Origin: Thermoplasmatota archaeon
GTDB taxonomy: Archaea > Thermoplasmatota > Penumbrarchaeia > Penumbrarchaeales > Penumbrarchaeaceae
Direction: 5' to 3'
Assembly: GCA_049472195.1 (NCBI GenBank)
Contig: JBLIRG010000001.1
Span: 20,522 to 84,521, forward strand
Length of the DNA stretch: 64,000 nt
Part shown: positions 8,149 through 20,200 of the stretch, piece after piece
Layout of the letters: every line of letters starts with the position of its first letter
How positions within the stretch are numbered: the first letter of the stretch is position 1
Translations under genes and position numbers: made by a program
Notes under the pieces: generated by a model
Databases searched by the model: none
What the model was told of the DNA's origin: nothing
Seen by the model: only the letters and a program-made list of their open reading frames with translations

Positions 8149-11100
8149 ATGAAAAGATCGAGGTTCCTGGCCATTTTTATGATAACCATGTTCGCGATTC
8201 CACTGATTCCCCTCATTTCGGAGGAGGCTTCTGCCGGGAAGACGATATTCTCAACCAGCATCAAATTCGCCTGGAACGATACACAGCAGGGATACAGCCA
8301 TCAGGTTCCCACGGATATCGAAGTGGCCCCCAGTGGAAGGATATATGCCGTTTTCCACTCGAGGATCTCGTATTACTATGATATAATGATCAGCCATTCC
8401 GATGATCTGGGCCGGACCTGGTCCCCTCAGGCCCGGGTCGACGACGTTTTGAGGGATTACAACGAATCCAACGATCAGTCCCACCAGAAGAATCCCTCAC
8501 TTCTCATAGCACCGAACGGAACCGTGTACGTCGCCTGGCAGGATGAAAGGGATGTATCCTATACTATCGGGCATCAGCAGGACATCAGGATCGCCTGGGC
8601 CCAGGACGGGGAGAACTTCTCCAGAAGCCAGGTTATCGACCAGCCGAAGGCCGTCAGGTCATGGTACTCCTCAGAACCCGAGATAGCCATGAACGATGAG
8701 GGCAGGATCCTCTGCGTATGGAGGGATCTCAATCTATCGGGCGTCTTCCATCATATTTGGAGCGCATACTCCGATGATTTTGGCATCACATGGTCTCTTC
8801 CGGTTCGTATCAATACCGATCCGATAGAACAGAGGGACCATAAATACGCCCGGATGTCGTTTCACGGCGACCATGCGTATGTCACATGGGAGGACAACAG
8901 GGAAGACGGTCAGTTGAGACCCTATCTGTCAATATCGGCCGACGGCGGTGAAACCTGGAGCCCTGAGGTACAGGTCACGGACGATCTCGAGCCTGCAAAC
9001 TCAAGGGGCATGGCCTGGAACGCCGTGGATGACCAGGGAAACCTCTACCTCGTCTGGTGGGACAAGAGAACCGGAAAGGACGAGATCTGGTTCTGCAAGA
9101 GCGGGGACTACGGCGCCAGCCTGACCAAGAACAAGAGGATCACCTTCGCACCGGACGAGAACGGGGATTTCTATCCCACCATCCATGCAACAGGAGACGG
9201 CATTCTTGCCGTCGCCTTCCAGAGGGAAACCCCGAAAGGGGATACCACCGATGGGGGGGATATCTACTACATTCAATCGGTCGACGGCGGAGATTCGTGG
9301 ACCGATCCGGTCAGGGTGGACGACTCCGACAGGTACTGGGAGGATATGACCCTTCAGACGAAACCGGTAGTGACCATGGATCATAAGAACCGGGCAATGG
9401 TGGTATGGGACGACCGTCGGGATTACAACGAATGGGGATCCGATGCCTACTTCGCCAGGTACAGCGGCGGCCCCACGGCTCCAAATATCCTCCCGGAGAT
9501 ATCGCTGATGCATTTCACCTCGATGTTCCCCGAATACAACAGCTCCATTTCATCGGCTTACACCAATGTATCCTACAGATGCCTCTACAGGGATGATAAC
9601 AACGATCTTCCCATGGACGGATATCCCAGGGTGTACCTCTATGCCGACGATGCCGGCACCATCCCTGTTGTTGAGGAACCCCAGCCAATGCATCTCATAA
9701 ACCAGGCTGATTATGACTTCATGGACACCGATACCATCTACGAGGCTTCATTCAACTGCTCTTACGAGGGAAGGACCTGGTGGAAGATCGAGGTCGTCGA
9801 TCAGAGGGGTTCGGATCCGGTCGTATCCGACATAATACCCGGGCCCCTGATGGATGATACACCTCCCAAGCTTACGGTCACCGAACCGCAGCCGCAGGAT
9901 TGGCTCAACTCCGATACCGTCATTTGCCGTGTTCTCGTGGAGGATACGGGCGGAGGCCAGGTTAACAACAGGACCATCAAGGTCAGGAAATCCGTAACAG
10001 GTCTCGAATCCATGGAGAAGGGTGTCAAGGTCAACGGATTCACCAAGATCGACGACAACACCTACGAAGCATGGGCGAGGGTGGAAATGGAGATGGGAAA
10101 GGACAATTACATCGTATTCGAGGCGATGGACAGGGTTGCCAACGGACCTGGCCTCTCGGAACCGCTAAATCTTTGGATCGATCCCGAAGGACCCTACTAC
10201 ACGAAGGTTAGACCTTCCGTATACGACAAACAGCTGTACGCGACGGTGAACTGCTCGATCGTATGGATGGACCACCTGCCCGGATCTACCAATATCGAAT
10301 CGAGCGGATTGAACATATCCTCGCTCAAGTACCGCTACCGGACCACAACCGGCCCGATGACCGAATGGAGGGACCCGGAGGGGATTATCCCACAGGAATC
10401 GGAAGGGGTGAAGCTCTGGACCAATATCGAATTCGAGGACAAGGGTGTTTACAATTACATCCAGTGGAAAGCCGAGGACATGATCGGACTGGAAACAATA
10501 TCTCCGGAGTTCCGGATCGAGGTCGAGATTCCCGAAAACTACCCTCCGAGATTCGTCGGGGGTGCATATCCGTTCAAGGTTAACTCGAGCAGACCCCATC
10601 TGTGGTGGGAGGATGCGTTCGACGAGGAAGGAGACCCGCTTTTCTACAGCATAATGATAATGGACTATCCCTCCCGGTTGTACAAATTCACCAGACCGCT
10701 GTCCGTGGATGAGAGGACCTTCTACGATGTCAAGATGAAGCTGGATCCAGGATATTACCTCCTCCAGGTAAACGTCACGGACAACATCGGCGGTTTCGGC
10801 ATCATGGAGCATATATTCCAGATCGTCGATGACGGCACCCCTCCCCCACAGGAGGTGGGTGATGTTGGACCCTATTTCAGGCATACCTCCAGATCGACCG
10901 TAAGCTGGCCACCCTCCCCATCCGAAAGTGAGATGGATGTCACCTACATGATAAGAATGGGATCCCACAGGTGGAGAGGCGATATCACGGAATGGATGGA
11001 TATCGGACCGGATCCGGAGCTGAATCTATCGCTCCTGAATCTCGGGATCGGTGCCTACTCCCTTCAGGTCATGGCGCATTCGAACGGCAATTACTCGCAG

Positions 11101-12006
11101 GTCAGGGAGGGATTGCTCAAGATATCCGATTACACTCTGATAGTTGATCACCCTGTGAAGCATACGGTTTACCGGGGCAGGGGTGCGACAAAGGGGAAGG
11201 CCCTGATAATCAACCTCACCAACATGGGCGAGTTCGAGGACAACGTCACCGTTTATCTCGAGGGGGAGCTTGCGGATCTGAAATGGGCTGAGTTCTCCAG
11301 GAATTACAGACAGGATGTGACCGTGAACCTGGAATCCAAAAAGAACCTGTCGTTCACAGATCCTACCTTCGTCAACGTTCTATTCTTCCCGCCTGAAGAT
11401 GCCGACAAGGGAACGTACGAACTGATCGTGCGCGTCGTTTCCGAGGATGACGAGATCGAATATGTAACCGAACCGATCGAGATCAAGATCACCGACGCGC
11501 CGTCGGATTCCAAGGGTATCGTCATCGCCGACAATCTGTACAAGTTCCTAACGGATACCATGCCGTTCCTGAAGCCAATTCCAAAGAACCTGCTCGTACC
11601 GCTCTTCCTGATCATCGTGGCCATAATCATCATCATCGTCGCATATTTCGGCATCACTTTCTACAGAAGAATGGTGAAGAGGAGGACAACCGAGGATCCC
11701 TACTCGGAACAGAAGAGGGTTTACAAGGAATTGTACGGGGTCGAGCCCACCAAGGATCAATTGGAGCAGATGATCGCCCAGAGCGACATCCTGAACGAGG
11801 ACCGGGACGTCAATGTGGGATTGATGCCGGATAAACCGGATACTTCCGAATTCTCTGAAACATATCTCGAATCCGAAAAGACCGCTCCATCGGAGGAGGA
11901 GGATGTTGAGGAGCAGGAACCCCCGGAGGAGGAAGAAGAGGAGGAAACGGATCCGGAAGATGATGAGGGCGAGGAAGAGGATTTCATAACTCCCGATTCC
12001 GTTTGA
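8149..12006 (+). CDS. Giant membrane-anchored surface protein with a BNR/Asp-box (sialidase-like) beta-propeller
   Basis: Start assigned to ATG 8149 (MKRSRFLAIFMITMFAIPLIPLIS) with GGAGGA 7 nt upstream. Four Asp-boxes are present: SDDLGRTW, SDDFGITW, SADGGETW, SVDGGDSW. A C-terminal TM helix LLVPLFLIIVAIIIIIVAYFGI is followed by an acidic tail EEEDVEEQEPPEEEEEEETDPEDDEGEEEDF. Confidence 0.8.
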   Translation: MKRSRFLAIFMITMFAIPLIPLISEEASAGKTIFSTSIKFAWNDTQQGYSHQVPTDIEVAPSGRIYAVFHSRISYYYDIMISHSDDLGRTWSPQARVDDVLRDYNESNDQSHQKNPSLLIAPNGTVYVAWQDERDVSYTIGHQQDIRIAWAQDGENFSRSQVIDQPKAVRSWYSSEPEIAMNDEGRILCVWRDLNLSGVFHHIWSAYSDDFGITWSLPVRINTDPIEQRDHKYARMSFHGDHAYVTWEDNREDGQLRPYLSISADGGETWSPEVQVTDDLEPANSRGMAWNAVDDQGNLYLVWWDKRTGKDEIWFCKSGDYGASLTKNKRITFAPDENGDFYPTIHATGDGILAVAFQRETPKGDTTDGGDIYYIQSVDGGDSWTDPVRVDDSDRYWEDMTLQTKPVVTMDHKNRAMVVWDDRRDYNEWGSDAYFARYSGGPTAPNILPEISLMHFTSMFPEYNSSISSAYTNVSYRCLYRDDNNDLPMDGYPRVYLYADDAGTIPVVEEPQPMHLINQADYDFMDTDTIYEASFNCSYEGRTWWKIEVVDQRGSDPVVSDIIPGPLMDDTPPKLTVTEPQPQDWLNSDTVICRVLVEDTGGGQVNNRTIKVRKSVTGLESMEKGVKVNGFTKIDDNTYEAWARVEMEMGKDNYIVFEAMDRVANGPGLSEPLNLWIDPEGPYYTKVRPSVYDKQLYATVNCSIVWMDHLPGSTNIESSGLNISSLKYRYRTTTGPMTEWRDPEGIIPQESEGVKLWTNIEFEDKGVYNYIQWKAEDMIGLETISPEFRIEVEIPENYPPRFVGGAYPFKVNSSRPHLWWEDAFDEEGDPLFYSIMIMDYPSRLYKFTRPLSVDERTFYDVKMKLDPGYYLLQVNVTDNIGGFGIMEHIFQIVDDGTPPPQEVGDVGPYFRHTSRSTVSWPPSPSESEMDVTYMIRMGSHRWRGDITEWMDIGPDPELNLSLLNLGIGAYSLQVMAHSNGNYSQVREGLLKISDYTLIVDHPVKHTVYRGRGATKGKALIINLTNMGEFEDNVTVYLEGELADLKWAEFSRNYRQDVTVNLESKKNLSFTDPTFVNVLFFPPEDADKGTYELIVRVVSEDDEIEYVTEPIEIKITDAPSDSKGIVIADNLYKFLTDTMPFLKPIPKNLLVPLFLIIVAIIIIIVAYFGITFYRRMVKRRTTEDPYSEQKRVYKELYGVEPTKDQLEQMIAQSDILNEDRDVNVGLMPDKPDTSEFSETYLESEKTAPSEEEDVEEQEPPEEEEEEETDPEDDEGEEEDFITPDSV

Positions 12007-12233
12007 ACTCCTATCCGGCATAGGCAGTGACCGATCGAGAAAATGCTCGAGAATCACTCCGGTGTTAACTATCCCATTGATCCAACGTTTTCCGTGAAAG
12101 AAATCCACATGTGTTCTGATGTAAATCAGCAACAAACATGCAATGCCATTCAAAATAAAAAATATTTATACGGATACTTTTTTAATGTTTGGTATAATAA
12201 AAACATGTTTCAAGATTCAGGCTTGGTTGTTCT

Positions 12234-14183
12234 ATGTCCCCCCGAAGGAAGAGAAAGGGAAAAAAGAATGATGAATCTCTCATTCCCCTCGACAGGTTCA
12301 TTACCCCGCCATCCGGACAGGACGGTGATTCAGGCGGCGCCATAACGATCGAGAGGCCTTCCTCCGAGGAGATTCCCGGGATAGAAAAAACCAGGAAAAG
12401 CGGAGAGAAGATATTCGATGCCCAGAATATCGATCATGGGGAAACATCCGCATTCCTCAACCCGCTGAAGAAATATATAGAAAAGACGATGATGCTCGGA
12501 ATATACTTTCACAACGATATGGATGGTTTGAACAGTGCGATATTGATCAATGAGATGGTCAGAAACTGGTTTGGTGACGAAGTTCAGATCCACGTCTCCC
12601 CCATCGAGTACGAGGACATCGAGAAGCTGACCATCAACGATGGCATGGCTTATGTCTTCTGCGACATGGACATAAACCTGGATCAGGACAACATATTCAG
12701 GATCGATCACCACGACAAGGAAAGGGATAGAAAACTCGTCAACGAGCGTACATTTCTACTGTCCCCCTCCAGGAACGACTACGAATATCCTTCATCGGCA
12801 ACGATCCTGAGCGCCTATCTCAACTACGTGTCCAAGGGCGGAGAACTGACATTTCACGAATTTATGGAGAAAGGGCCGTGGCATGACGATAACCTTACCA
12901 GGCTTCTTATCCTCCTTGCGTCCATATGCGACAACCTCTGGCATCTGAACTTCATAATAAACATCCCGATCAAGCGCTGGATACCGGACATTGACGAGGA
13001 GCGGAACCTCATACTGATATCGATCTCCGCTTCCCTCATCCTCGGGAACAAGAATCGAATGGAACCGATAATGAATTATTTCTCCCTGTCTAGCCTGGAT
13101 CCCGAGAGCTACCTGACCCCGCTCTGCGGAATGACGCTCCAGGCGCGAAACGTATTCGATTTTGCCGTTCAGGTTGCCAAGGAAGCCGAGAAGTTCCACA
13201 ACAAGATCTTCTTCAACCTCACCGATTCGCTGGAAAAAACATTGAAATCCCTTGATCGGGACATGGAGATGCTGAAGAAGTACGATGAATCCATGCCCAT
13301 GGACATGCGCGGGAACAGGGAAAAGATGATGGAACTCCTCAACACCAGGGGCAACCTCAATGAAGATCACTGGAAACGGATTCAGTTCTACGGAAAGGAA
13401 ATGGTGAAGCTCGAAGCAAAGATAAAGGTCGAGGAGAAGAAGATCCTGAAGCTCAGAACGGCAAGAAGCATAATCTCAAAGACTGCCGGTCCGAGGATCT
13501 GTCTGTTCATACCGAGACAGGTATCCAAACAGATCAAGGGAATACTTGCCTCCCTTCTGTATTATATGGGATGGAAGAACGTCGTTATCGAGGATCGGGG
13601 AAATGTGGCTTCGTGGGGTGCGAGGGGATTCACCCGGGCAGAGGTCACGGAACATTTTTCCACGCTTTCCCTAGGTTACGAGGAGCTCAAGGATTACCTG
13701 CACATGGAGAAGGTTTACAAGGACCTGCCGGCGGTATTCAAACGGACACTGAACATATCCAGGAACATGGGATATGACAAGACCTACAGCGGAGGTATAG
13801 GCGGTAGGGGTCTGATCTACGGCGGCACCCTGACCGGAAAGGTCCCAAGGGTGTTTTCCCTGCTCGAGGAAGCAGGCGATGTTGAGCAGAAGATCCGGGA
13901 GCTCATCAGACATAAGGAACTCGGATCCGCCCTCCAGGGACTGACGGAGGGAAAATCAATGGTTCCGACTTCTCAGGCGCTTAAATCCAAATTCAAGAAT
14001 ACCGGATGGGTTGTGGTTCAGCTTGTCGGAGGAAAGGAGGAACCCGATGTCCAGTTCGGCAACTTCAACATGGGACTGATGTACATGGTGGGCTACACTG
14101 AAAGATTCGCCATCAAGCTGAACCCGATCCCCGAGAAGCTCCCCCCCATGGAGCATCAGCGCTTCGACGGAGTTCTGGATTGA
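12234..14183 (+). CDS. DHH-family phosphoesterase (RecJ/NrnA-like) with a long insertion
   Basis: DHH motif I is GIYFHNDMDGLNSA (H-x-D-x-D-G-x-x-S). Motif II is YVFCDMD. Motif III is RIDHHDKE. A Gly-rich block GGIGGRGLIYGG sits near the C-terminus in a DHHA1-like position. The protein may instead start at the internal MML around 12489. Confidence 0.6.
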   Translation: MSPRRKRKGKKNDESLIPLDRFITPPSGQDGDSGGAITIERPSSEEIPGIEKTRKSGEKIFDAQNIDHGETSAFLNPLKKYIEKTMMLGIYFHNDMDGLNSAILINEMVRNWFGDEVQIHVSPIEYEDIEKLTINDGMAYVFCDMDINLDQDNIFRIDHHDKERDRKLVNERTFLLSPSRNDYEYPSSATILSAYLNYVSKGGELTFHEFMEKGPWHDDNLTRLLILLASICDNLWHLNFIINIPIKRWIPDIDEERNLILISISASLILGNKNRMEPIMNYFSLSSLDPESYLTPLCGMTLQARNVFDFAVQVAKEAEKFHNKIFFNLTDSLEKTLKSLDRDMEMLKKYDESMPMDMRGNREKMMELLNTRGNLNEDHWKRIQFYGKEMVKLEAKIKVEEKKILKLRTARSIISKTAGPRICLFIPRQVSKQIKGILASLLYYMGWKNVVIEDRGNVASWGARGFTRAEVTEHFSTLSLGYEELKDYLHMEKVYKDLPAVFKRTLNISRNMGYDKTYSGGIGGRGLIYGGTLTGKVPRVFSLLEEAGDVEQKIRELIRHKELGSALQGLTEGKSMVPTSQALKSKFKNTGWVVVQLVGGKEEPDVQFGNFNMGLMYMVGYTERFAIKLNPIPEKLPPMEHQRFDGVLD

Positions 14184-14228
14184 TATGATTTCAACATTGT
14201 TGCCGGAGACACCATTTATCAAACTGTA

Positions 14229-14269
14229 ATAAAAAAAAAATATCCCGGATCCGGAAAAAGATCCGGGAT
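14229..14269. terminator. Bidirectional terminator between convergent genes
   Basis: A10, then ATCCCGGATC-cggaaaaa-GATCCGGGAT with a 10-bp stem. Read on the minus strand this is a hairpin followed by T10, lying 20 nt after the aglB stop. Confidence 0.6.
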
Positions 14270-14289
14270 GCATCGATATATTTTCACTA

Positions 14290-17200
14290 TCAGATCGGTT
14301 CGGTTCTCTGCTTGTACGCGATGATCCCTACCGTGATCAGGATGATGGTGACCACGAATATCACGATGCGCCAGTTGATCTCCCTCTCATTCTCGTACTC
14401 GCCGATAACCACGTTATCCCAGTAACCGTAGTTGTCGTTCTCGTTGGATTCCTTTATGTTGTTGAAGGGATCCACGATCACCTCGAACGTATGGAAATCA
14501 TCCTCGGTCAGGTTGAACTCGGTGATATTGAATATCAACCTGGTTGATCCGTATCCGTCCTGCGGTATGCTGGGTATGATCCCGTCGGCAACCCTTTTCC
14601 CGTCAACGAGAAGGGTTACGTTCACCAGGGACGCGGCTCTGTTCTGCGAACCGACGGTGATGTTTGCCTCGACGGTCCTGTTGAGTATAGGATCCGTGAG
14701 CTTCCTGTTGGTCAGCTTGAGATATCCCTGCGGTAGAATGAGGTTTGGCTCAGCCAACCTCAGGGTAATCCCGGCCGTCTCCGAATCACCGATGCGGTTG
14801 GTTCCGCTGAAGGTCAGCCTAAGGGAATCACCCACAAATGACTGGGTCTCCGTCGGAGAATGCACCGTCACCGCATACCTTCTCTGTCCCCTCGGAGTCA
14901 GGGATGCGTTCTCTCCGTATTCCGGAAATTCCTCCGAACCTTCCCACTCGATCCTCCATCTATCGGTGGTCCCGGGAAGGGGATCCATCATCACATTGAC
15001 GACGTCCTCCCCGTTTCCGATATTCTGGACGGTAAGGTTGAACGTATAGGATTCATCGAAATCCATCCCGATGAGATCATCCGCATCGAAATTCAACTCG
15101 AAACCGTAGCTTGGAGGGGTTACTATGCTTATCTGGAAGTTGGCAGTTGTCTCCTCCGTGGTTTTGGCCTCGAATTTCACAACGTTATCCCAATCGGGAT
15201 CGGAGGGCGCGGTGATGTTCACGAACAGGTTATCTATCCTCTCCCCGATGCCCACTTCGATTTCGGATCCTCCCGGAATATCCACGGTCCATCCGTCGGG
15301 TTTCTCCGAAACTTCATTTGTCACCACAATGGGCTCGTTTCCGGCGTTCTGGATATAATAAGGTATCCTTACCGTCTGTCCCGGAACCATCTGCAGCTCG
15401 TGCTCATGTTCCCGCATCAGTTCCATGGTGAAGGTATAGGTCTTGCTCTTCTCGAATTCCAGGGAGAGATCGGCGGGGACCGTGTCCTCGTCTATGGTCA
15501 GAGCCCGTCTGTAATCGTACGTCATCTCGATGTTGTATTCCCTGCGGGCTATGGAAGACGACACAGTATAGGTATAATGGGGCAGGTTTACGGTGAAGGT
15601 ACCGCCCCTGATCTCGGTTTCGATGCTGGCCCCGTCATCTATCTGGAACGTCAGGGTTTCATCGCTGTTGATGTCACCGTGGAATATTCCGTCCGTATCC
15701 GTCAGGTATGCGGTTCCCGAATATCTTCCGGCTCCAACTGCTTCCCATTCGAGCCCGGTCATGTTGTCGCCCAGGTCGATGTTTATCTCGCCGAGGTAAC
15801 CGTATACCGGTTTCAACGCCGTGTATTTGAATCCCGAAACATCGTAGACTCCAGGCGGAAGTCCTATAGAGAATGCACCGCCGTCTCCCGTGACCACCGT
15901 GTCAACATGATCCTCGCTTGAGAATGTCAGTTCCAGGCCCTTTACGGTCCTGTCACCGTCATCGTATTCGTCGTTGTCGTTCTCATCCATGAACATCGTC
16001 CCGGAAACCTCGATCTCCAGCGGATCAAGGGATATGTCCCAGAGTATCTCATTGGTTACCGGAAGGTTCAGGAATCCGTAACCCTCCTTGGGCTCCATCT
16101 TGAACTGTTCGGTTTCCACGGTTATCGTGAGCGGGGCAAAGGGAACCATTGCCTCGTAATCCCCCCCGTAATCGGAAGATACGGTGACCGGGTCAAGGTT
16201 CTCGTCCTCCGGGGTGAAGGTTATCAATACCAGTGCCTGTTTTTCCGTGGGCTCAATTGTCCTATCGCCATTGGCATCATAGTAGACCGCTCCGCTGACG
16301 AGAACCTCCTTGTTCAGTTCGAGCTCGAGGCCGAATACCGGGCCTTCCACGACAACCGAGGAGTTGTGATAATAGATCACCGGGACATCCTCTCCCATGA
16401 TGCTCTCGGCCGTCTCGAAGAACATGACGATCCTGTACTCGCCTTCGAACATGAATATCTGGAAATCCCCGCTGGAATCGGGGACCGTACTTGTCCATAC
16501 ATCCTCGGAAGAGAACTGAAGGCGGGCGTTCTTGATCCCGTTGAACGGATTCGTGAAGGTTCCATCGACCAGAAATGCAGGTTTCAACATATACCGTTCG
16601 ATCCCGCTTTCCGGACCTATGGTGATCGTATCCAGATACAGGTAGTTCTGGCCCGCCCTCTCATGGTGGCTCTCCAAAATGTAGTATCCCGCGGGAAGCT
16701 CTACCTGGAATCTTCCGTTCTCATCAGTCAATGTCGATTCGAGGGTCTCCCCGACGCCGTATACCGGATTGAATAACACCGAGGCATCATCGGGATACCT
16801 CAGAAGCGAGTCCTGCGTGAATGCCATCGTCCCTTCAAACACCACCGTATGGTTCATCACGGTATCCTTCAGAAGAAGCTTGTCGGAAGGATCAAGGAAC
16901 AGAAGATCGTTGCCGTAGAGTTTGTGCTCAAGGCCGTTGTCCTCGTATCTCTCATCCACGACCACGGTATATTCCACTGGGATGAGGGAAGCCCTTATCT
17001 TACCCTCCGAATCTGTGGTGAAGGTGAGCTCATTACCTTCCATGTAGCTTTCCGCGGGAATGAAAAGCACATCGGTGTTGGCAAGAGGCACCATGGTCCT
17101 GGTCTCGGTTCCGATCATCTGATAGGAGATGTTGAGCTCGAAATCCCTCTCGTGGGGAACCAGTGGAGCGTCAGTCCCGTTGATCCCGAAATTCCTGTTT

Positions 17201-20200
17201 GCCACAGAATCCTCGATGATTATCTCCTTTTTGTAGAGATCGAATCCAGGTTCATCGATCTCCATTGAATACTTGCCTGGAAGGAGCAGTGCCTCGTACA
17301 TACCTTCCTCTATCGTCTTGAAAGCAAGGGTCCCGTTCTGGTGATGGAATGCAACCGTGATATTTGCCAGCGCGAATTCGGCTGCGAGGTCCTTTGGGTC
17401 CCCCATTTCCTGAAGGTCCCGGCTCGAGGTGAAGATCTCGTTTCCATCCTTGTCCCAGTAAACTTTCCCCCTCACCACTATTGTCGAATCCGCCCATATG
17501 TCCAGCTGAACCGATCCGGTCTTGTCCTTGTATTCCAATTCCTGGATGTGGAAATAGGAAACATTTCCGATCTCGGTCTTGTTATCCACGATAACCCTGT
17601 AATTGCTTCCCCTGGGGAGATATATCTCGTATTCGCCGTTGTTGTTCGTGTACGCGTGGGCAGTGATTTCCGAGTTCGACATCTGGAATGAGAGCTCTGT
17701 ATCCACCATGGGCGTGTCGCTCAGTTTGGTCAGGGTTCCGTTCACCCGTAATGCGCTTTTAAGGTCTACCGTTATATCACTGACACTGAGCCAGGACATG
17801 TCCAGAATTGCCAGTGCCGTATATGTCTGATCCCGCTCCTTCGATACAACATGCAGGTCGTAGAGACTCGCGGGAAGGTTCTGCAGTAGTTTACCGTCAT
17901 CGTCCAGAGTGAAGGTCCACACCCTCGATGCGTTCAATTTGTCATTTATTCTAACCAAGGCTCCGGACGCCGGACCGCCGTTGTTCCCCCGGGATGTCAC
18001 TTCCATATCAAGCGTGGCAACCGGATACAGTGTGATATTAACGGTTTCGTAGAGGCCGTTTGAGATGGCAGTGCTGACCGGGAAGTGATAAGAGTCATAC
18101 TGCTCGACGATCACATCGTACACCCCCGGATATATCTGGGAGAATGAATAGTTGCCCGCGGGATCGGTCAAGGTCCTTTCGACATTTCCCTCGGAAGATA
18201 TCAGCAGAACCGATGAATCTCTCACGGGTATTCCGTCGTTGTACAGGATCTGCCCGTTGATTCCCGAATCCAGCATCTTCAAGTCCCTTGCAGTATCGGT
18301 GCTGGGATCTATATTGAGATTCGAGATGAGCTCCTCCTCCACATTCTCATGTGTGTAAATCACGGTGTACTTCCCCGGGACAAGGTCGGATATCCTGTAT
18401 TTTCCGTCCTCGTCGATATCCGTCGGGCCGTATACGACGTCCTCGTAATCGTTCATCACGAAGGTGATCTCTCCCTGTTTGATGGGTTCATCCTCTGACG
18501 TGAAGGACCCGTCCTCGTTCAGATCCCAGTATACGGTGCCGGAGATGGTCTTGCCGCCGATAATGAAATCCTGTTCGATCTTTCCGTCGTCGATCCGCCA
18601 CATGGCCAGATCGTCCGATATCTCAAGCTGCGTCGAGTTCAGATTGACCACGGGCTGGCTGGTCGACTGATCGATCTGGAACTGGTACAGGTAATCGTAT
18701 TCGTTGCTCAGCTCTCCTCCGGTGACCAGAATCGATGTCCTTCCCGGGGGAGCAATGACCTCGTATCTACCGTTTATGTCCGTTAGGACGTTCCCGTGGG
18801 CGATCCCGTACTCGTCCAGGACCGTTACCCGGACGCCTGGCGCTCCCTGTCCCCTGTTGGTCATCACACGGCCGCTGACCTTGGCCCCGTGGTAGTATTT
18901 CAGGTAGAACACGCCCTGTCCCAATCCTGACTTCACATCTCCGCCCTGATCGTAATAGAGATCGAGGGCCTTCTTCGATGACAGCGGGGTGTAATCGTCG
19001 GGGAAGGTCGAATTCGCCTCGTCCTTCTCCGAGTAATACATGGTTCTGTATGCAAGCATCCAGTGGGTCATGTTCCAACCCTGCATCGGGGGCAGATTTG
19101 CCGAAGTCCCCATCATGCCGGGTATGGACTTCCCGTCGCTTACCTGTCCCACGTCTTCCGGCGAGTAACCGATATATGTCTTGTAGAACATCGAGTTATA
19201 GAAGGCATCCGTGTAGTACATATCGTACTCCCTGATCCTGAACTTGTAACCGAGTCTCTCGGCCTCCTGTTCCGCCTTCTCCATCGATATCGGATTGTCG
19301 GGATAATCGGTCCATACCGGATTGTCGTTTGATCCCTGGGTGTTCTCCTGGGCATATACACGGTACTCGAGATAATCGTCGATATCCCTGTCCGCAAGCT
19401 TGATGGGAGCATAGAATATCCCTGTGTTGGAGGAGCTGAAAGGAAACAGCCTGTAATCGACAGCGAAGTAACGCAGGGATTTTTCGGTATGAAGTGTCAC
19501 ATCATTGTAAAGTTCGACCACCCCTTCCTTCCCGAGTTTCATTATCACGCCCTTTGCTGCCGCATAGAGGATGTTCGGCGTGGTCAATTCCAGGTAATTG
19601 CCGTAGTATCCCGGATTGCCCTCAACCTTGGTCTTGTACTTCGCGGGATTTCTGTATATCCTGTAGAGTTCCATAGCGCTGAGGGAGGAATTATCGTCAT
19701 CCCCGAGATGCTCTCTTAGGATATCCCACATACCGTCGGAGAAATCCCGTTTATTTTCGATAAAGTCCCCTTCGATGATCCTTGCGGTCATCAATGATAT
19801 GACTTCGGTTTCGTTCTGGGCGGCAATGACCGAACCGGTAAATTGGTATCCGTTCTGGAAGTTATCCGCTGCGGTGGGGTGTTTTCCCAGAAGAAGTTCG
19901 TCGAATCCGTAATCCCACCAGCTCATGAAACCGGGCCTTTCCTCCGGCTCCACGTATTCACCGTCGATCATCGTGTCCTGCTGGGACAGCCATATGTACG
20001 AATCCATCCAGTATTCGCTGTGAAGGGACGACCCGAATGACCCGAATATCTCAAGGTCCGGATCGATATCCGATTTTGACTCGTAGGGGATGGAAGCGTC
20101 AACCGCGAAGAGCACGTTGGGGAATATCACTATGAAACCCACGGATAAGGCCGTCAGTATCGTTCTGAACTTGAAGTTCTCCCTGTGCTTGCGGTATTTC

